From Squalus acanthias (lineage: Eukaryota): a stretch of DNA of 64,000 nucleotides. The DNA is taken from assembly GCA_030390025.1 (NCBI GenBank), contig CM059427.1, positions 132,122,001-132,186,000 of the forward strand, in the 5' to 3' direction. The notes under the pieces are model-generated. The model made no database searches. It saw only the letters and a list, made by a program, of their open reading frames with translations, and was not told the origin of the DNA. This document shows, in pieces, positions 62,069-64,000 of the stretch. Position 1 is the stretch's first letter. Each line of letters starts with the position of its first letter. The translations under genes and the position numbers were made by a program.

Positions 62069-64000
62069 AATGGTCCTTTAAAACTAATTTGCAGATCACA
62101 TTTTCCAGATGGTTTTCCTATTCTAGCAAAGCTTTATATTTGTATTGATGCAAAAACAAGAAATGTTTGATCTGTAACAATAGAAGGATGATTATTGTGG
62201 CCATTCTAACCGAATGAATACAAGGAAAATATATTTATTATATATATAAATGCATATTTGACTGCATAAGCACTTTTATTTTCACAGATTAAATATTGAA
62301 GGACTTCAATTCCTAAAGTAACAACATTTATTGTAATTTTCCCCATTTCTCATCTTCCCCAATATCCTAACTTAGGAGGCTAGAACCCTTTGATATCAAT
62401 CCTACTTCTTATTGACACGCCCACGGTGCCTTTGTACAATGAGAAATGTCACTTCCATTTCTCGTAAACTTGAAGTCAGCTGAGACTGTAAAACCTGCTC
62501 CCAGGGGAAGCCTGAGAATAAATAGGATTCAGTCTTAGGTCTTCAAGTTGAGATTCCAATGATTTTGCACTCTTTCTAACAATTAACATTTTAGTCACAT
62601 TATCTCCCCTTCCAAGCTGCTTGCTACCAAGAATTTTCATCCTCCAAAGGTCAAGACAGTCTGACTGCTCTGGACACAGCTGTTGTGAATACCAACACAT
62701 AATCCTGCTTCTTCCTTTGCCAGTAGTACAGTCAATAAAGTCCTCATTCACCAGGCATCAGTCACACCACTTCCAAGTCATTAGGAAACTGAAGAACCAA
62801 GATGATTCACACATAGACCAATAGCATTAGTTTTATCTTGAACTCCTGGCTGGATATACTGCTCAAGTTAAATAATTAGTACTGAAAAGTACCATCACAG
62901 CTGTCCTCCATAAATAGGGCATGCCAAAGACGTCCTCATAAAAAATAAATTAACCTCACCTAATTAAGCCAAATGTGTGTGCCAGTCAGTTCTGCAATTC
63001 AGGCCCAGCATTTATTTGTTGGAAGTCAAATCATTAACTGCCTGAGGTACCAGACTAACTTGTAACAGTATACGTTTCACAACCATCATCTAATGGTCCC
63101 TTATTAAAGCCAAACATTAAAAACTTCAAATCTTAAATACATACCTTAGATTATATGTCAAAACATTTTGCTGGTCTCTTGTCAATTGAATTCTGTTGAA
63201 TGACATCATATTCTTAGTGGATAATGCCAGTTAGACACCATGCTATTTGTAGCATCTGTAAATCCGATATAAGTATGGCAAAAAAATGATTACACACATT
63301 AACAATTTTGATCTTTTGATGATAAGTTTTAGAATGTAAATGTTTGCCATTGATCACTCAGCTTAGGGATTCACTGTAAATCCCATATTCATTGTTATGT
63401 GACTTTTAATAGGACCGTGTCCATTGGTGATGGTCATGGCAGAGTAGTGACATATACCCAGTTTATATTATGCTTTCAGATGTTCCAAAATCTGTTGAAA
63501 TGCAGCCCCAAATGCACAGAATAACTACTTTGAGCTGTGAAATACCAAAGCTCAGCGTGGTAGTATTCCTCTAATGTCACATAGAATAAATGTAAACTGG
63601 TCCATTTTCCAGATTGTGAACCTCACAATGCACAATACACATGACATTGAGGCATCCCAAAACCTTTTCAGAAATTAATTGTCATTAGTATAACTGTCCA
63701 GAATTTAGAAGATCCAATTGCACTGTATATGGACTTGAGGGCAGAAACCATGACTTTTCCCAATGAAAAAAATTTTGCATTTATATAGCGCCTTTCATAA
63801 CCTCAGGATCTCTCAAAGTACTTTACAGCCAATTAAGTACTTCTGAAGTGTAGTCACTGTTTTAATGTAGGAAATTTGCGCACAGCATGCTCTCACAAAT
63901 AGCAATGCGATAATGACCAGATAATCTCTTTTAGTGATGTTGGTTGAAGGATAAATAGTGGCCAGGACACCAGGAGAACGCCCCTGCTCTTCTTCAAAAT

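Overview
Eukaryotic, repeat-dense genomic DNA, almost certainly from a cartilaginous fish (shark/ray), judging by HE1/V-SINE-like and Deu-type SINEs and abundant CR1, L2 and Penelope elements. Host genes: (1) the 3' end of a plus-strand Ig-superfamily receptor, with an intact C1-set exon (2420-2740), a transmembrane exon carrying a +1 frameshift (4051-4183) and a last exon from 4801; (2) the last three exons of an intact-looking CYP26 (B/C-type) retinoic-acid hydroxylase on the minus strand (40377-37424), whose 5' exons I could not find; (3) a decayed KCNK18/TRESK-like K2P channel exon (60560-60825). The rest is layered transposon debris and local duplication. It includes a near-complete two-gene PIF/Harbinger element inserted with a second Harbinger into the tandem tail of a CR1 (four-level nesting), Penelope-type minimal hammerhead ribozyme motifs, two solo LTRs, MITEs, a strictly 10-bp-periodic minisatellite, a relic second copy of the Ig gene 3' UTR, a triplicated unit that appears to carry decayed Ig C1 exons, and a 34-kb-spaced inverted duplication. 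All calls come from reading the sequence by eye; no searches were run, and repeat boundaries are approximate unless a TIR or TSD is quoted.
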